A stretch of 64,000 nucleotides of DNA from the human T2T-CHM13v2.0 reference genome, Homo sapiens. This document shows, piece after piece, positions 63,860 to 64,000 of the stretch. Below the pieces are notes generated by a model. It ran no database searches and was not told the DNA's origin. It was given only the letters and a program-made list of their open reading frames with translations. The position numbers and the translations under genes are program-made. The stretch's first letter is position 1; every line of letters starts with the position of its first letter. The DNA lies in the NCBI RefSeq assembly GCF_009914755.1, contig NC_060929.1, one strand, 5' to 3'.

Positions 63860-64000
63860 TGAACTCCAACATTTCTCTCTCATCACAGTCTCTTCTTCCT
63901 TACTAATCATTCCTTTTCTTTTGGTAGATCTATTTTGAACTTTATCTGGAGCCCTACAATTTTTCCTTACTTTGTCCTCTTAAATCCTAGAGTACCATAT

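Overview
Primate (almost certainly human) genomic DNA covering the 3' part of IPO11 (importin-11, + strand). Five short coding exons splice in frame across repeat-rich introns, and the last coding exon lies beyond the window. Nested on the same strand in the 30-kb intron is LRRC70 (synleurin): a 5'UTR exon plus one exon holding the whole 622-aa LRR membrane-protein CDS. The same intron holds two antisense processed pseudogenes (RPL31, RPL35A). The rest is Alu, L1, L2, MIR, DNA-transposon and LTR remnants plus microsatellites; nearly all short ORFs in the track are repeat-derived noise. I see no new enzymatic or defence-type system. The most unusual structures are (i) three locally templated insertions of 110-180 bp, two of them inverted, predicted to form long non-Alu RNA duplexes in the IPO11 pre-mRNA, and (ii) splice geometry that allows IPO11/LRRC70 chimeric or bicistronic transcripts. 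Gene, exon-number and repeat-family names come from recalled sequences, not a database search. Repeat boundaries are approximate unless a TSD is quoted.
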